Shown here: positions 1 to 12,930 of the stretch, in pieces
Numbering within the stretch: the stretch's first letter is position 1
Layout of the letters: each line of letters begins with the position of its first letter
Assembly (NCBI RefSeq): GCF_006345805.1
Contig: NC_043001.1
Coordinates: 128,774,001 to 128,838,000, forward strand
Direction of reading: 5' to 3'
Source of the DNA: Octopus sinensis
Taxonomy: Eukaryota
Length of the DNA: 64,000 bases
The notes under the pieces: model-generated
Told to the model about the DNA's origin: nothing
The model's database searches: none
What the model saw: only the letters and a program-made list of their open reading frames with translations
Program-made: the position numbers and the translations under genes

Positions 1-534
1 AACAAGTGAAGCACATGCATTGAGTATGTGTGTTCGATAATGTTTACAACACTAGCACTGCTTCTAATTCATATTTGAATTTATTCTTACGTGTGTATTG
101 TCGGGACATACCAGCAAATTTTTTTACAGTATTCGTAAATAGTTATGGACTAGCGATTCAGTTCGCCATGAGCCTACTATCAAGCATGACAGACTCACAG
201 AAATGACAGGTTTCTGAGGTATTTGCCTTCGAAGGAGCGCTTCAGAATGGTTATATATTCCGAATATTACCGACATGAACGTTATTACAATTCAACGACA
301 AAACCTTTAGACAGTCAGTAAGACTGTTAAACATGGTAGCTAAATTTCTTCAAACCATACCTTATTGCCTTAAAAGAAGAAAGAAGCACATAGTCCTAGG
401 TATATAATGCCTGAAAAGCAAAACCAAACCAAAGAAGACACGGCCAAAGCTTGAACACCTACTCAATCTGGGCAATTCCGACATAACCAGAAAAACTACT
501 ACTACTAAACCTACCGCTGCTGCTGCTACTACTG

Positions 535-585
<51 letters not shown>

Positions 586-822
586 TTGCTGCTGCTGCTG
601 CTGCTGCTGGTGCTGCAGCTGTATCACAGCCACAACCATTAGCATTATTTTGAACTGCGACTGGCGGAACTTTCTGAATGTCATGCCTAACAAAAAAAAC
701 ATCATCTTGAATTATTTTGTAGTAGTGCGGCCCGCTTGATGATAAGCCATGTCTCATGCCGTTCACTTCTCGAAAATAAAGAAAAAAAAAAAGGTGGGTC
801 TCTGCCTGTGCTTGATTTAGAC

Positions 823-1080
823 CAGTGATCCTCAACCAGGTTCCATATGGCCCCTGACGGTTCATACAAGATTTTTTGGGTCCATGCAACAAAATAGTAA
901 ATTGGAGATCCTCAATAGTATTTTAAGGGCCCCTGAAAAAATTTTGCTTTAGACGTATGTATTGCAAGAAACAGCTAAGCTTCTTTTTCCAACATTTTAC
1001 GTACTTCAACCTACACAAATTATTGTGTGAGAAACAAAGTACAAATTTTGAAAGAAATTTCTATAAAACTAGTTTTTAAA
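823..1080 (+). mobile_element. Probable hAT-type MITE remnant (left end only)
   Basis: Begins CAGTGATCCTCAACC, like the CAGTGGTTTTCAACC terminus of the TSD-flanked MITE at 6166; right end not resolved. Confidence 0.35.
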
Positions 1081-1156
1081 CAATAAGAGCAGAAATTAAT
1101 ATTATCAAAAAAATATCAATTTCAACCAGTGGTCAGCAAACTTAAAAAAAAAAAAA

Positions 1157-1579
1157 CAGGAGTGGCTGTGTGGTAAGTAGCTTGCTAACCAACCACATGG
1201 TTCCGGGTTCAGTCCCACTACGTGGCATCTTGGGCAAGTGTCTTCTGCTATAGCCCCGGGCCGACCAATGCCTTGTGAGTGGATTTGGTAGACGGAAACT
1301 GAAAGAAGCCTGTCGTATATATGTATATATATATATATATGTATGTGTGTGTATATGTTTGTGTGTCTGTGTTTGTTCCCCTAGCATTGCTTGACAACCG
1401 ATGCTGGTGTGTTTACGTCCCCGTCACTTAGCGGTTCGGCAAAAGAGACCGATAGAATAAGTACTGGGCTTACAAAAGATTAAGTCCCGGGGTCGAGTTG
1501 CTCGATTAAAGGCGGTGCTCCAGCATGGCCGCAGTCAAATGACTGAAACAAGTAAAAAGAGTAAAAAAGAGTAAGAGAG
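1157..1579 (+). mobile_element. tRNA-derived SINE (octopus OR-type), full length
   Basis: A-box-like TGGCTGTGTGGT, B-box-like GGTTCAGTCCC, central TA/TG microsatellite, 3' tail AAAGGCGGTGCTCCAGCATGGCCGCAGTCAAATGACTGAAACAAGTAAAAAGAG; many near-identical copies in the window. Confidence 0.9.
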
Positions 1580-1774
1580 TTTATTTTTAGTAAGCAAGGG
1601 ATCTACATAGTGGTCTTCTCCTATCGTTTATATCTAGTTTTTTAAACATTGAATAGCTACGTGGATCCATCAGAATAAAAATAGTAATCAAAAGGGGTCT
1701 ATGGATAAAAAAAATGGTTGAAGGGGAACCCTTGATTTAGAAGATTATTATCACAGCTACCATTACTACTAGCA

Positions 1775-1833
1775 CTATTAACAACAATACCACCAACACC
1801 ACCACTGCCGCCGCCACCACCACCACCACCACC

Positions 1834-1889
<56 letters not shown>

Positions 1890-2018
1890 CACCACTACTA
1901 CCACCACCACCACCACCACCACTACCACCAGTCATCACAACTACAACTACTTCTAGCCCACCACCCTCCTGACGACGGCGACAACGACGACGACCACTAC
2001 CGCCCCGCCCTCACAACA

Positions 2019-2056
<38 letters not shown>

Positions 2057-2130
2057 AATTATCACTAGATTTAAAATATGCTAGATAACAATAACAACAG
2101 CAACAACAACAATGAACAAACGTATTGATA
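1775..2130. repeat. (ACC)n/(ACT)n/(ACA)n trinucleotide microsatellite cluster
   Basis: Directly visible; source of the poly-V/G/S ORFs. Confidence 0.95.
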
Positions 2131-2759
2131 TGATGGAGGGATAATAGTGAAATGGAAGACGAGAAGGCGTGCTGTTCACAGACAGCTTGCAATAAGAAAA
2201 GGTCTGGTTGGCAACAACGGGTTTATATTGGAATATTTTAAATACCAATTGGTTGATAAAAAAAATTTTATCAGAAAAAAAAAAAAAAAAATAATAATAA
2301 TAAACGGGGACTAAAACGAATATCGAAAACAAAACCCCCACCCAAAAAAAATTCATAAAAAAAAAAATTCCGACAACAACAGATAAATGAAAATGTTTGT
2401 ATTCACTTCGAAGATAACATGAAAACAACAACAACAACAAAAGCAAATTCTAATTGATCACTATATTCAATCCCATTCCCCTCCCCTCAAAAGTACATCC
2501 TTGAGTCTGCACTAGAGATTGCACATTACAACAGTAGCTGTAATAGTATCTCTCTCTCTCTCTTTATTGAACTATGTGTCTGCATCTTTTCCTGTCACTC
2601 TTGCTCTCCCCACAATCTCTCCCTTACGTGTTTAAAATTATTAACTTAGAGAAACAGTAAAGGATCCTAAATTTCTGTTCGTTTGTTGCACCTCCCACCC
2701 ACCTTTCCAATACAAAGCCACATTTCATTTGAGATGACACTTTAGATGTTGAATGTTCG

Positions 2760-2910
2760 ACGTTATAAGAAGCTTGCTTCCCAACCACATGGTTCCGGGT
2801 TCAGTCCCACTGCGTAGCATGTTTTGGGCAAGTGTCTTCTACTATAAAATCTCAGGGCAACCTTGTGAGTGGATTTAGTTGACGAAAACTGAAAAAAGCT
2901 CGTCTTATAC
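2760..2910 (+). mobile_element. OR-type SINE head fragment
   Basis: CCAACCACATGGTTCCGGGTTCAGTCCCACTGCG...GAAACTGAAA matches the 1157 copy. Confidence 0.8.
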
Positions 2911-3012
2911 ATTTTGATAGATAAATTGACGGAGCTTATAGTCCAAATGTGGCGAATAGGGACTGCCTGTTAACGATTTAAAGATGCAACGAGTGTACAT
3001 CTGTATAAGAAT

Positions 3013-3377
3013 TAAGTGGCCCAGTGGTTAGGGCAGCGGACTCGCGGTTATAGGATCGCGGTTTCGATTCCCAGACCGGGCGTTGTGAGTGTTTATTGAG
3101 CGAAAACACCTAAAAGCTCCACGAGGCTCCGGCAGGGGATGGTGGTGATCCCTGCTGTACTCTTTCACCACAACTTTCTCTCACTCTTACTTCCTGTTTC
3201 TGTTGTACCTGTATTTCACTCTCTCTGTGTCACGCTGAATATCCCTGAGAATTACGTTAAGGGTGCACGTGTCTGTGGAGTGCTCAGCCACTTACACGTT
3301 AATTTCACGAGCAGGCTGTTCCGTTGATTCGGATCAACCGGAACTCTCATCGTCGTAACCGACGGAGTGCTTCCATC
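3013..3377 (+). mobile_element. tRNA-derived SINE of a different family, inserted in an RTE LINE remnant
   Basis: A box TGGCCCAGTGGTTAGG and B box GGTTTCGATTCC; body is non-tRNA, so not a tRNA gene. Confidence 0.75.
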
Positions 3378-4920
3378 TATCCAGAGAATCAGCAAGGGTT
3401 TAGGTCAGGTCGATGGACAGTGGATATGATATTCAGTTTGCTACGAGTTCAGAAGGCCCAGGAGCACAATGAAGACGTATATGTGGTATTTGTTGATCTT
3501 ACAAAATATTTTAATTCTGAATGTCGGCAGTTTTGTAGAAAGTATTGGCAAAGCTCAGGGTTTCCGCGTAAATACTAAATGTCTTGGCGTCCCTACATAA
3601 TAATATGAAGGCATCAGTTCTCTCAAATGGCAGACCGTCTCAGCCTTCTAATGTTAAAAATGGCACAAGGCTGTGTTTTGGCATCAGTATTATTGCGCTA
3701 TTTTTCGCAGCAATGCCAGATTGTGTCTTTTTTATGTAGAAGAGGGTGTGTTTCTTGAATATACGACTGCGGGTGGCATCTTCAACCAACAGCATTCCAA
3801 AACAAGATATGTACTAATACTGAAGGCTGAAGGCGGCGAGCTGGCAGAAACGTTAGCGCACCATGCGAAATGCTTAGCGGTATTTCGTCTGTCGCAACGT
3901 TCTGAGTTCAAATTCCGCCGAGGTCGACTTTGCCTTTCATCCTTTCAGGGTCGATAAATTAAGTACCAGTTATGCACTGGGTCGATGTAATCGACTTAAT
4001 CCGCTTGTCTGTCCTTGTTTGTCCTCTCTGTGTTTAGCCCCTTGTGGGTAGTAAAGAAATAGGTATTTCATCTGCCGTTACGTTCTGAGTTCAAATTCCG
4101 CCGAGGTCGACTTTGCCTTTCATCCTTTCGGGGTCGATAAATTAAGTACCAGTTATGCACTGGGGTCGATGTAATCGACTTAATCCGTTTGTCTGTCCTT
4201 GTTTGTCCCCACTGTGTTTAGCCCCTTGTGGGCAATAAAGAAATAGGTATTTCGTCTGCGTTACGTTGTGAGTTCAAATTCCGCCGATGTCGACTTTGCC
4301 TTTCATCCTTTCGGGGTCGATAAATTAAGTACCAGTTACGCACTGGGGTCGATGTAATCGACTTAATCCCTTTGTCTGTCCTTGTTTGTCCCCACTGTGT
4401 TTAGCCCCTTGTGGGTAATAAAGAAATAGGTATTTCGTCTGCGTTACGTTGTGAGTTCAAATTCCGCCGATGTCGACTTTGCCTTTCATCCTTTCGGGGT
4501 CGATAAATTAAGTACCAGTTACGCACTGGGGTCGATGTAATCGACTTAATCCGTTTGTCTGTCCTTGTTTGTCCCTTCTGTGTTTAGCCCCTTGTGGGTA
4601 ATAAAGAAATAGGCATTCCAAAACAAGGACGAAAGTGTATCGTAGACAATAGAAGACTTACTGTTTATAGATGTTTGTGCCGAAGTTGCTCAGACACTCG
4701 AGTACATCCAGTAACACCATTCACAAATTTGCAGCGGAAGCCAGTACATCTTTTGGCTTAGCTATCAGGATAAAAAAGACCAAACCGTTGTATCAGCCAC
4801 GTCCTGGTAACAATCAATAAATCTTGACCAGCGTGTTTATTGAAAACAAGGGTCTGAAAACGGTTGATGCTTTCATATATTTGGATTCTTGTGCAACAAG
4901 TGATGCTAAACTTGAGGGGG
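3378..4920 (+). pseudogene. RTE-clade LINE reverse transcriptase fragment, interrupted by a SINE concatemer at 3807-4612
   Basis: YPENQQGFRSGRWTVDMIF...VYVVFVDLTKYF (RT domains 2-3); after the insert, FGLAI..KKT...YQPRP and LKTVDAFIYL.SC resemble the RTE RT C-terminus; frameshifted. Confidence 0.8.
3807..4612 (+). mobile_element. OK-type SINE tetramer (one headed unit plus three head-less 183-184 bp units) with 15-bp TSD
   Basis: Unit starts at ~3821, 4063, 4247, 4430; TSD GCATTCCAAAACAAG at 3792-3806 and 4613-4627. Confidence 0.9.
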
Positions 4921-4922
4921 AG

Positions 4923-5280
4923 CCGTATTTCGTCTGCCGTTACGTTCTGAGTTCAAATTCCGCCGAGGTCTACTTTGCCTTTCATCCTTTCGGGGGTCGA
5001 TAAATTAAGTACCAGTTACGCACTGGGGTCGATGTAATCGACTTAATCCGTTTGTCTGCCCTTGTTTGTCCCCTCTATGTTTAGCCCCTTGTGGGCAATA
5101 AAGAAACAGGTATTTCGCCCGTCCTTATGTTCTGAGTTCAAATTCCGCCGAGGTCGACTTTGCCTTTCATCCTCTCGAGATTGATAAATCAAGTACTAGT
5201 TGAGTACTGGGGGTCGATGAAATCGGCTGTCTCCTCCCCACAAAATCCAGGCCTTGTGCCTATAGTACAAAAGATTATTT
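4923..5280 (+). mobile_element. OK-type SINE head-less dimer
   Basis: GTATTTCGTCTGCCG...AAAGAAACAG|GTATTTC junction at ~5110, followed by a variant-tail unit. Confidence 0.85.
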
Positions 5281-5541
5281 ATAGCGATATCTGTATTTCT
5301 TCAATTCGTAAAAAAAACTTGTTTTCAAATTGTTATTGCTTAAAATACAATATTTCGCAAATTTAACGCTATGAAAGAGATATACATGTAGTAAATTTTA
5401 CCTCAGATAGGGAATGTATTTCAAGAGCTCTCCGACAGTAAAAGTTTAGAGAAAAATTGGGCTTAGTAGTTTTTTCATCGTTTCGTACTGTGTTACTGAA
5501 AAAGTTATTTGGTTCCCATAATGCTCTCCCCTGCTTTGCGC

Positions 5542-5920
<379 letters not shown>

Positions 5921-6103
5921 ATCTTTTTTTTATTTTATTTTATTTATTTGTTTTTGTTCTTCTTTTTCCCTTTTACGATCCCTTTTGATCGAAAACCTAC
6001 GCCACCTTTTTTTTGTTTTTTGTTTTTTTCATCCCCCAAAAGAAAAGCTCTACCTTGTAACTTGTCCCATCTGTGTGCAGCCCTGTGTGGCCAATAAAGA
6101 AAC

Positions 6104-6164
<61 letters not shown>

Positions 6165-6165
6165 G

Positions 6166-6383
6166 CAGTGGTTTTCAACCAGGGTTCCACGGAACCTTAG
6201 GGTTCTGCCAGTACAGTCCAGGGGTTCCGCAAGAAGGTACAAAACTGCTAAAATCGGCAGTAATTTTTAATTCTCTTGTGCAGATGTGTGTGCATAAGAC
6301 TATTAAATTATTGCACAGGGGTTCCTCGAGCCAGTGGAATGTTTCCTTGGGGTTCCGCTCCAGCAAAAAGTTGAAAAGCACTG
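6166..6383. mobile_element. hAT-type MITE, 218 bp
   Basis: TIRs CAGTGGTTTTCAAC / GTTGAAAAGCACTG; 8-bp TSD ATCTATCG (6158-6165) / ATCTACCG (6384-6391). Confidence 0.85.
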
Positions 6384-7009
6384 ATCTACCGTACTTCATA
6401 CAATGAATGTAATAAACATAAATAATAAGTTGAAATTTGTTATACTTATTATAATCTGTTAAAAAAAAAAAAAACTCTCCCCCCTACACCTCCTTCTCAC
6501 TCCTCATCCATATGTCATTTCTATTGTTTTCTGTTATTAATTTTTTCCTTGTTTACTTTTTTGGTTTTTAAAATTCAATTAATTTTTTTAAACAACAACA
6601 AAAAAAAACAACAACAAGAACACAAAACACAAACAAGAGCAAAGCAAACAAACGTTTGTAATAACTGAAAGTTGAATGTAACTTGTTGAAGATAACTACT
6701 TCCTGCATTAAAGACAGCTATTTCCTCCATAGACTGACAGTTCTCACAATGTGTGCTGGACATGTTCTCATCTACTAAAGGATTTAAGTTAATGAAACTG
6801 CGAGACAAAAACAACGAGAACAACAACAACAACAACGAAGTAAATAAACCGACGTTCACTGAATGTAAGACCGAATTAAAAGAAGAAAAAAATGACATCA
6901 GATATGTATGTCATCTCGGTTGAGGTAGCAATCACACAATAATACTCGGTAAAGATGATTAAGCTACAACCAATAAATAGATAAATAGATAAAGAAATAA
7001 AGCATATGT

Positions 7010-7360
7010 AGGTGCAGGCATGGCTGTATGGATAAAAAAGCTCGCTTGTCAACCACAAGTAATTGGGCTCAGTTCCACTACGTGGCACCTATAGTTTCGG
7101 ACCGACCTATGCTTTGTGAGTGGATCTGGGCGAGCTGGCAGAAACGTTAGCGCGCCGGACGAAATGCTAAGCGGTATTTCGTCTGCCGCTACGTTCTGAG
7201 TTCAAATTCCGCCGAGGTCGACTTTGCCTTTCATCCTTTCGGGGTCGATAAATTAAGTACCAGTTACGCACTGGGGTCGATGTAATCGACTTAATACCTT
7301 TGTCTGTCCTTGTTTGTCCCCTCTGTGTTTAGCCCCTTGTGGGTAATAAAGAAATAGGTA
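7010..7360 (+). mobile_element. OR-type SINE head (7010-7128) joined to a full OK-type SINE (7129-7360)
   Basis: GGCGAGCTGGCAGAAACGTTAG...GAGTTCAAATTCC...AAAGAAATAGGTA. Confidence 0.85.
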
Positions 7361-7920
7361 ATTGTGTGTATGTGTCTGTGTGAGTGCGTGCGCTTCGCTG
7401 ACTGACAGGTGAGGGTCGTTTAGAAAAAGCGCGGGCTAAAACTACGCGCCTTCACTAGTCAGTTAAGGTGAGACAGTGTCACGTAACAACTTGCTGGGGC
7501 TGCCCTGCTGGAGCCTAGCGGCAGGTATTTCAAGGGAGAAATTTTACAAGACAGTCAGTCACCGGCTGGCACTCGCTGACGATACATCGAAGAGGCCAGG
7601 GAACAGAAGAAAGAAGACATGCACCCAACACCAGAGCTGAAGGCACCTCCGAAGGGGGGGGGGGACGCCACGTCAAAACGGTAGAGGAGTAGGGGCCGAA
7701 ACCGGACGTGGTTCCTCCTGATGATGCTTTGTGCTAACTGGATCCTATAAAGGAGCTGTTGTGGTAGCAGACCACGAAACACGGTTGTAATTCCTACACA
7801 GAATGAGAGAGACAGACACTGAAATGAAAGAGAGACAGAGAATGTGTGTGTGAGAGAAAGAGCGAGTGAGTGTGTGTGTGTGATAGCACGTGTGTGTATG
7901 TTAGCGCGAGTGTATGTCAG

Positions 7921-8230
7921 TAACTGTGTGTGTGTTTGCGTGGCGGCGTGTGTGCGCGTAGTGATAACATTGTGTGTGTGCTTGCGTGGCGGCGTGTGTG
8001 CGCGTGGTGTTAACTGTGTGTGCGTGTTTGCGTGGCGGCGTATGTGCGCGTAGTGATAACTGTGTGTGTGCTTGAGTGGCGGCGTGTGTGCGCGTGGTGT
8101 TAACTGTGTGTGCGTGTTTGCGTGGCGGCGTATGTGCGCGTAGGGATAACTGTGTGTGTGCTTGAGTGGCGGCGTGGTGTTAACTGTGTGTGCGTGTTTA
8201 CGTGGCGGCATGTATGCGCATGATGGTAAC
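7921..8230. repeat. CpG-rich minisatellite with alternating 46/44-bp units (90-bp higher-order repeat)
   Basis: TAACTGTGTGTGCGTGTTTGCGTGGCGGCG recurs at 8011 and 8101. Confidence 0.85.
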
Positions 8231-8440
8231 GTATGTGCCTCTGTGCGTTTGCACTTGTGGTTGTCTCTCACCGCCTGATAACTGGCGTTGCTTTGTTTAT
8301 GTTTCCGCAACTTAGCGATTTGGGAAAAAGGGTCTCGAACTTGTAGGAGATATGCAATGGATTTGCAACCACGGATTGAAACCTCACTCTACACATTCGT
8401 TTGTATTGTTCTCGAATTGTGCACTTAAAAACAAAATTTC

Positions 8441-8715
8441 TGGGTCGATAAATTAAGTACCAGTTACGCACTGTAATCGACTTAATCCGTTTGTCTGTCC
8501 TTGTTTGTCCCCTCTGTGTTTAGCCCCTTGTGGGTAGTAAAGAAATAGGTATTTCGTCTGCTGCTACGTTCTGAGTTCAAATTCCGCCGAGGTCGATTTT
8601 GCGTTTCATCCTTTCGAGGTCAATAAATTAAATATCAGTTGAGTACTGGGGGTCGATGTAAACGACTATCCCCCCTTCATGCCCCAATTTCAGGCCTTGT
8701 GCCTATAGTAGAAAG
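8441..8715 (+). mobile_element. 5'-truncated OK-type SINE dimer
   Basis: AAAGAAATAG|GTATTTCGTC junction at ~8548. Confidence 0.8.
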
Positions 8716-8746
8716 GATTATTATTATTATTATTATTATTATTTAA

Positions 8747-8797
<51 letters not shown>

Positions 8798-9069
8798 TAT
8801 TCATAATGCCTTCTGAGTAATTTACAGTTTGCTTGAAACAATAAAGTTTCCAGGTCAACCATAAAAACCATAAAAACTATAAGGCCACTTGCAAGCGACT
8901 ATCATCTGGTTGCATCTACCACGCTTTCGCCAATCGCTTGAGGTGAGTAAGCACAGACACCCTCTCGATTCTCTCAACATTTAAGCCGTGGAACATCGAT
9001 GACATGACAGCTGGAGGGAGAGTGGGCTACACCGAGGGGTACTTATTTTTAGTTGAGTATAACTGTTGT

Positions 9070-9485
9070 GTGGAGGCGCGTGGTTTAGTGGTTAGGGTGT
9101 CAGCATCATGATCGTAAGATTGTGGTTTCGATTCCTGGACCGGGTGACGCGTTGTGTTTTTGAGCAAAACACTTCATTTCACATTGCTAGAGTCCACTCA
9201 GCTGGCAAAAATGAGTAACACAGCGATGGACTGGCATCCCATCCACTGGTTAGGGTGTCAGCATCATGATCGTAAGATTGTGGTTTCGATTCCTGGACTG
9301 GGTGACGCGTTGTGTTCTTGAGCAAAACACTTCACTTCACGTTGCTCCAGTCCACTCAGCTGGCAAAAATGAGTAACGCTGCAATGGACTGGCGTCCCGT
9401 CCAGCTGGGGAACACATACGCCACAGAAACCAGGAAACCGGGTCCATGAGCCTGGCTAGGCTTTAAAAGGGCGCATTTATTTATT
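9070..9485 (+). mobile_element. tRNA-derived SINE with conserved-core-like domain and internal 158-bp tandem duplication
   Basis: A box TGGTTTAGTGGTTAGG, B box GGTTTCGATTCC; GCGATGGACTGGCRTCCCRTCCA core-like motif; TGGTTAGGGTGTCAGC at 9089 and 9247. Core superfamily not assigned. Confidence 0.75.
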
Positions 9486-10612
9486 ACTCACTACAAAACG
9501 CTCAGTTCATGAATAGAACACACAATCATATGACTGTGAGTCCAACATCCTAACCACAAGTCCCGCGCCCTCACACGCACATAGAAGCATATATTATGCA
9601 TAGAGGGCGGGAAAATAGGAGTGTCTAACAAAAATACCTTGTGGTATTTGCTTTCGCATTAGTTATACTCCCTTTCATCAACGTTTGTGCTGACTTTGCT
9701 TAACGACTCACGTGAGGTCGATAAAATAAATACCAGTCCGGAATTGGTGCAAAACTAAGATTAATAGCAGTTTTCTCCAAACCACCACCACCACCACCAC
9801 CACCACCATTGCCATCACCACCACCATTGCCCTCACCGTCGCCACTGCCTCCACCGCCGTCACCACCACCACCACCACCACCACCACCATTGCCATCACC
9901 ATCACCATTGCCACCACCGTCGCCACTGCCTCCACCGCCATCACTACCACACCACCATCACCACCGCTGTGGTGGTCGAACGCTCATCATTATTAGCCCC
10001 AATAAGGATATCATCATTATCAGCATAATTAATATTTTTTTCATTATCGTTATCGTCATCATTGTTTATCATTAGTGGTAGTTAAAAAAAGCGTCAAAGG
10101 ATCAAGGAATTTCAGAGAACTTTGGAAAAGAAAACATCAACTCAACTTAAATCAAGTTGTTGTAATAGCTGAGATGATGACAAAACATCGTTTAAATACG
10201 GTTTTAGAATCAAGGAAAGGGAAATCTAAAAATATCCTGTTTCTTTTTTAAAAAAGAAACGTTAATTATTAAAGCATTTTTTCGAATTGTCAGAGCGTTG
10301 GATAGAATGTTTGCCGTATTTGTTTTAACTGTTCACGCTCTGCGTTCAAAAACAGACGGTCAACTTTGCCTTTCATTCTTTCGGGGTCAATAAAAAAGAA
10401 GCAGCAATCCAAGGTGGTCTAAGGAGAAGAGCGCTAAAAGGCATATACAGTATAGTCACGTGGTAGTGGTCAAATACATCTGAAACCTAAACTGCAGCCT
10501 TTGGTGCAGGGCAGATAGCTCTGATATAGGAAATCGGCTATAAAAAAAATGATATTCGACGGGAGGGTATGGAAGCAGAAAAGGCAGATAAACAAAAAGC
10601 AGGTGTAAAAAA

Positions 10613-10868
10613 TGTAATTACATGGAAAGTTGCGTATATCAATAAATAAATGATGTAATCAAGTCTTATCTTTGCAGCTGTTTCGGATAAACAATAACAG
10701 GTATCATAAGCATATATATTACGTGATGTGACCCAGTAATATTGTAGGTGTATGGACTATCTCTGATGTCCATTATGCGAAATCATCAGAAAACTCTAGC
10801 AAGATGTAAAGATAAGATTTGATCACATCATTCATTTATTTGCATATGCAACTTTCCATGTAAATACA
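10613..10868. mobile_element. MITE with ~65-bp imperfect TIRs
   Basis: TGTAATTACATGGAAAGTTGCGTAT...TCTTATCTTT inverted against AAAGATAAGA...ATATGCAACTTTCCATGTAAATACA. Confidence 0.75.
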
Positions 10869-11099
10869 CTTCGTATATTTTTTCTAACGATCAGAAAATG
10901 CAACAACCTTATAATGTGCATAGTTAATTGTGTATTCTCTACACAACTGCTTTACACTTTAATGAAAATTCCAAAACTTTCAAATCCGCCTCAATCTAAT
11001 ATGGTGTAAAAGAGAGTGTCTCTCCTATAACAGCTGACTACAAGGGCCACACGATGAATACATACATACATACATACATACATACATACATACATACAT

Positions 11100-11132
<33 letters not shown>

Positions 11133-12279
11133 TATATATTTATATATATATATATAATAACAAAATAATAAATAAAGCATATGCATATATGCATACATAT
11201 ATGTACATACCTACATCTATATGTATATATACATGCATATATGGATACAGGACACAAAAAAACGTAGAACAAAATGAGAAACGAAAACATAAAAACAAAA
11301 ACATGGAAACGGAATTTTTTCAAACAACGAAAAAACAGAGTACAAGACATACAACACAAGGAATATTCCCCTTCTTCAGTTGCCCCTGTTTCGACTACTC
11401 CATGTTTCGAACACAACGGGCTTCTTTCAGTTTTGGAAGTCCATTCACAAGGCTTTGGTCTCATTTAGTACTCTAGTCTGAAACGCTTTCTTTTAATTAC
11501 CACAGGCAGCTAGCCATTTTTTGTGTGTACCTAAAGGAAGATGTATAATTATAAAAAAATGATCTACTAAATTCCTTTACGGCATGCCATGCAACGTTTA
11601 CGAGCCACTGTTTTATAGAGGTGTCCTCTCTCTCATAAATTACCCCAGTTTAAACACCAGATCAGAGATATTCGAGAAATGCAGACTCTTTGAAAACTAC
11701 TTGTTATGGAAATGGGAATAAACACCATTTTTACAGGACTAAAACATCAGTGATGCACATATCTGAAATTTATACTATTTAGACTTCATATTTGCTGCCT
11801 TTCTTCTATCACCTTTTCTCCATCTCTCATCCTCTACCTTATTTATTTCCCAACGTCCGTCTTCCTCTTTCTCCACAGCTTTTATGCCTTTTCTTATTTC
11901 CATTGATGATGTATCAATTTCTCTTATGTCACATAACGTATCTATTGTTCGTTTTTCTACAAAATTACATAATTTGTTCCAGTATCTCCAATACTGGAGC
12001 GCTAGAAGTAGTTAAAGGAGAATATTCCTATCTACAATTAAAGAGTTATTGACCTTTACAGAAGTAGAAGATGTGTACATATGCTTTGTATAATTTCGTA
12101 AAACCTATGAGTGGAGAAATAAGGCTTAAATGCATGTAGAGCGCATGGTACATGAAACCTTTGGTTGCCTGCGCATCAGTTTTTACTCGAATTGGGGTAT
12201 AAATTCACACACACACACAACACACACACACACACACATACACACACACACACACACATTATATTATATTGTATTATAT

Positions 12280-12665
12280 TGTACTTGCTTCAGTCATTAA
12301 ACTGCAGCCATACTGGGGCATCGCTTTGAAGAATTTGAATTGAACGAATCGACCCCAGTACTTGATTTTTTAAAGCCTGGTACTTTTTCTATCGGTCGTT
12401 TTTGCCGAACCGCTAAGTTACGGGGGATGTAAACAAACCGAAACCAGTTGTTAAGCGGTGGGGGAACACAGAGACATAAAAATAAGCGCGCGCGCACACA
12501 CACACACACACACACATATATTCGACAGCTTCTTTCAGTTTCCGTCTACCAAATCCACTCACAAGGTTTGGGCGGTGTGAGGCTATAATAAAGGTGTCAT
12601 GCAGCAGGACTGAACCCGGACCATGTGGTTGGGAAGCAAGCATTTTACCACACAGCTACGCCTGG
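12280..12665 (-). mobile_element. OR-type SINE, diverged
   Basis: Reverse complement of head (ACCACACAGCTACGCC) and tail (CTTCAGTCATT..GCAGCCATACTGGGGCA). Confidence 0.8.
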
Positions 12666-12887
12666 TGGTGGTGATGGTGGTGGTATCGAAGTAGGTCAGA
12701 ATCCTTATTTTTACGTCACAGTATATCTAAAACCTGTTTTGCATTAAACTCAAGGATTACACAACACTATTTAGTAGAGTCTATATGTAATAAGTTTTAC
12801 ATGGAAAAGTTTGACAGTGATTTCGAAGTCGTAACTTGCTCGCCTTCTTCAGTCTGATGAACCTTCGAAGGTACTGTCAACCACTTT

Positions 12888-12929
<42 letters not shown>

Positions 12930-12930
<1 letters not shown>

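Noticed and set aside
3013-3085. tRNA gene (also heads at 1157, 9070 and others)
   Set aside because: A/B boxes are present but there is no acceptor-stem closure, and each continues into a repeated SINE body.
3807-4612. CRISPR-like or satellite array
   Set aside because: Units are SINE bodies without unique spacers; eukaryotic context.
12808-12882. CTGATGA motif within a small hairpin
   Set aside because: No downstream GAAA core; only an ~18-bp imperfect inverted repeat.
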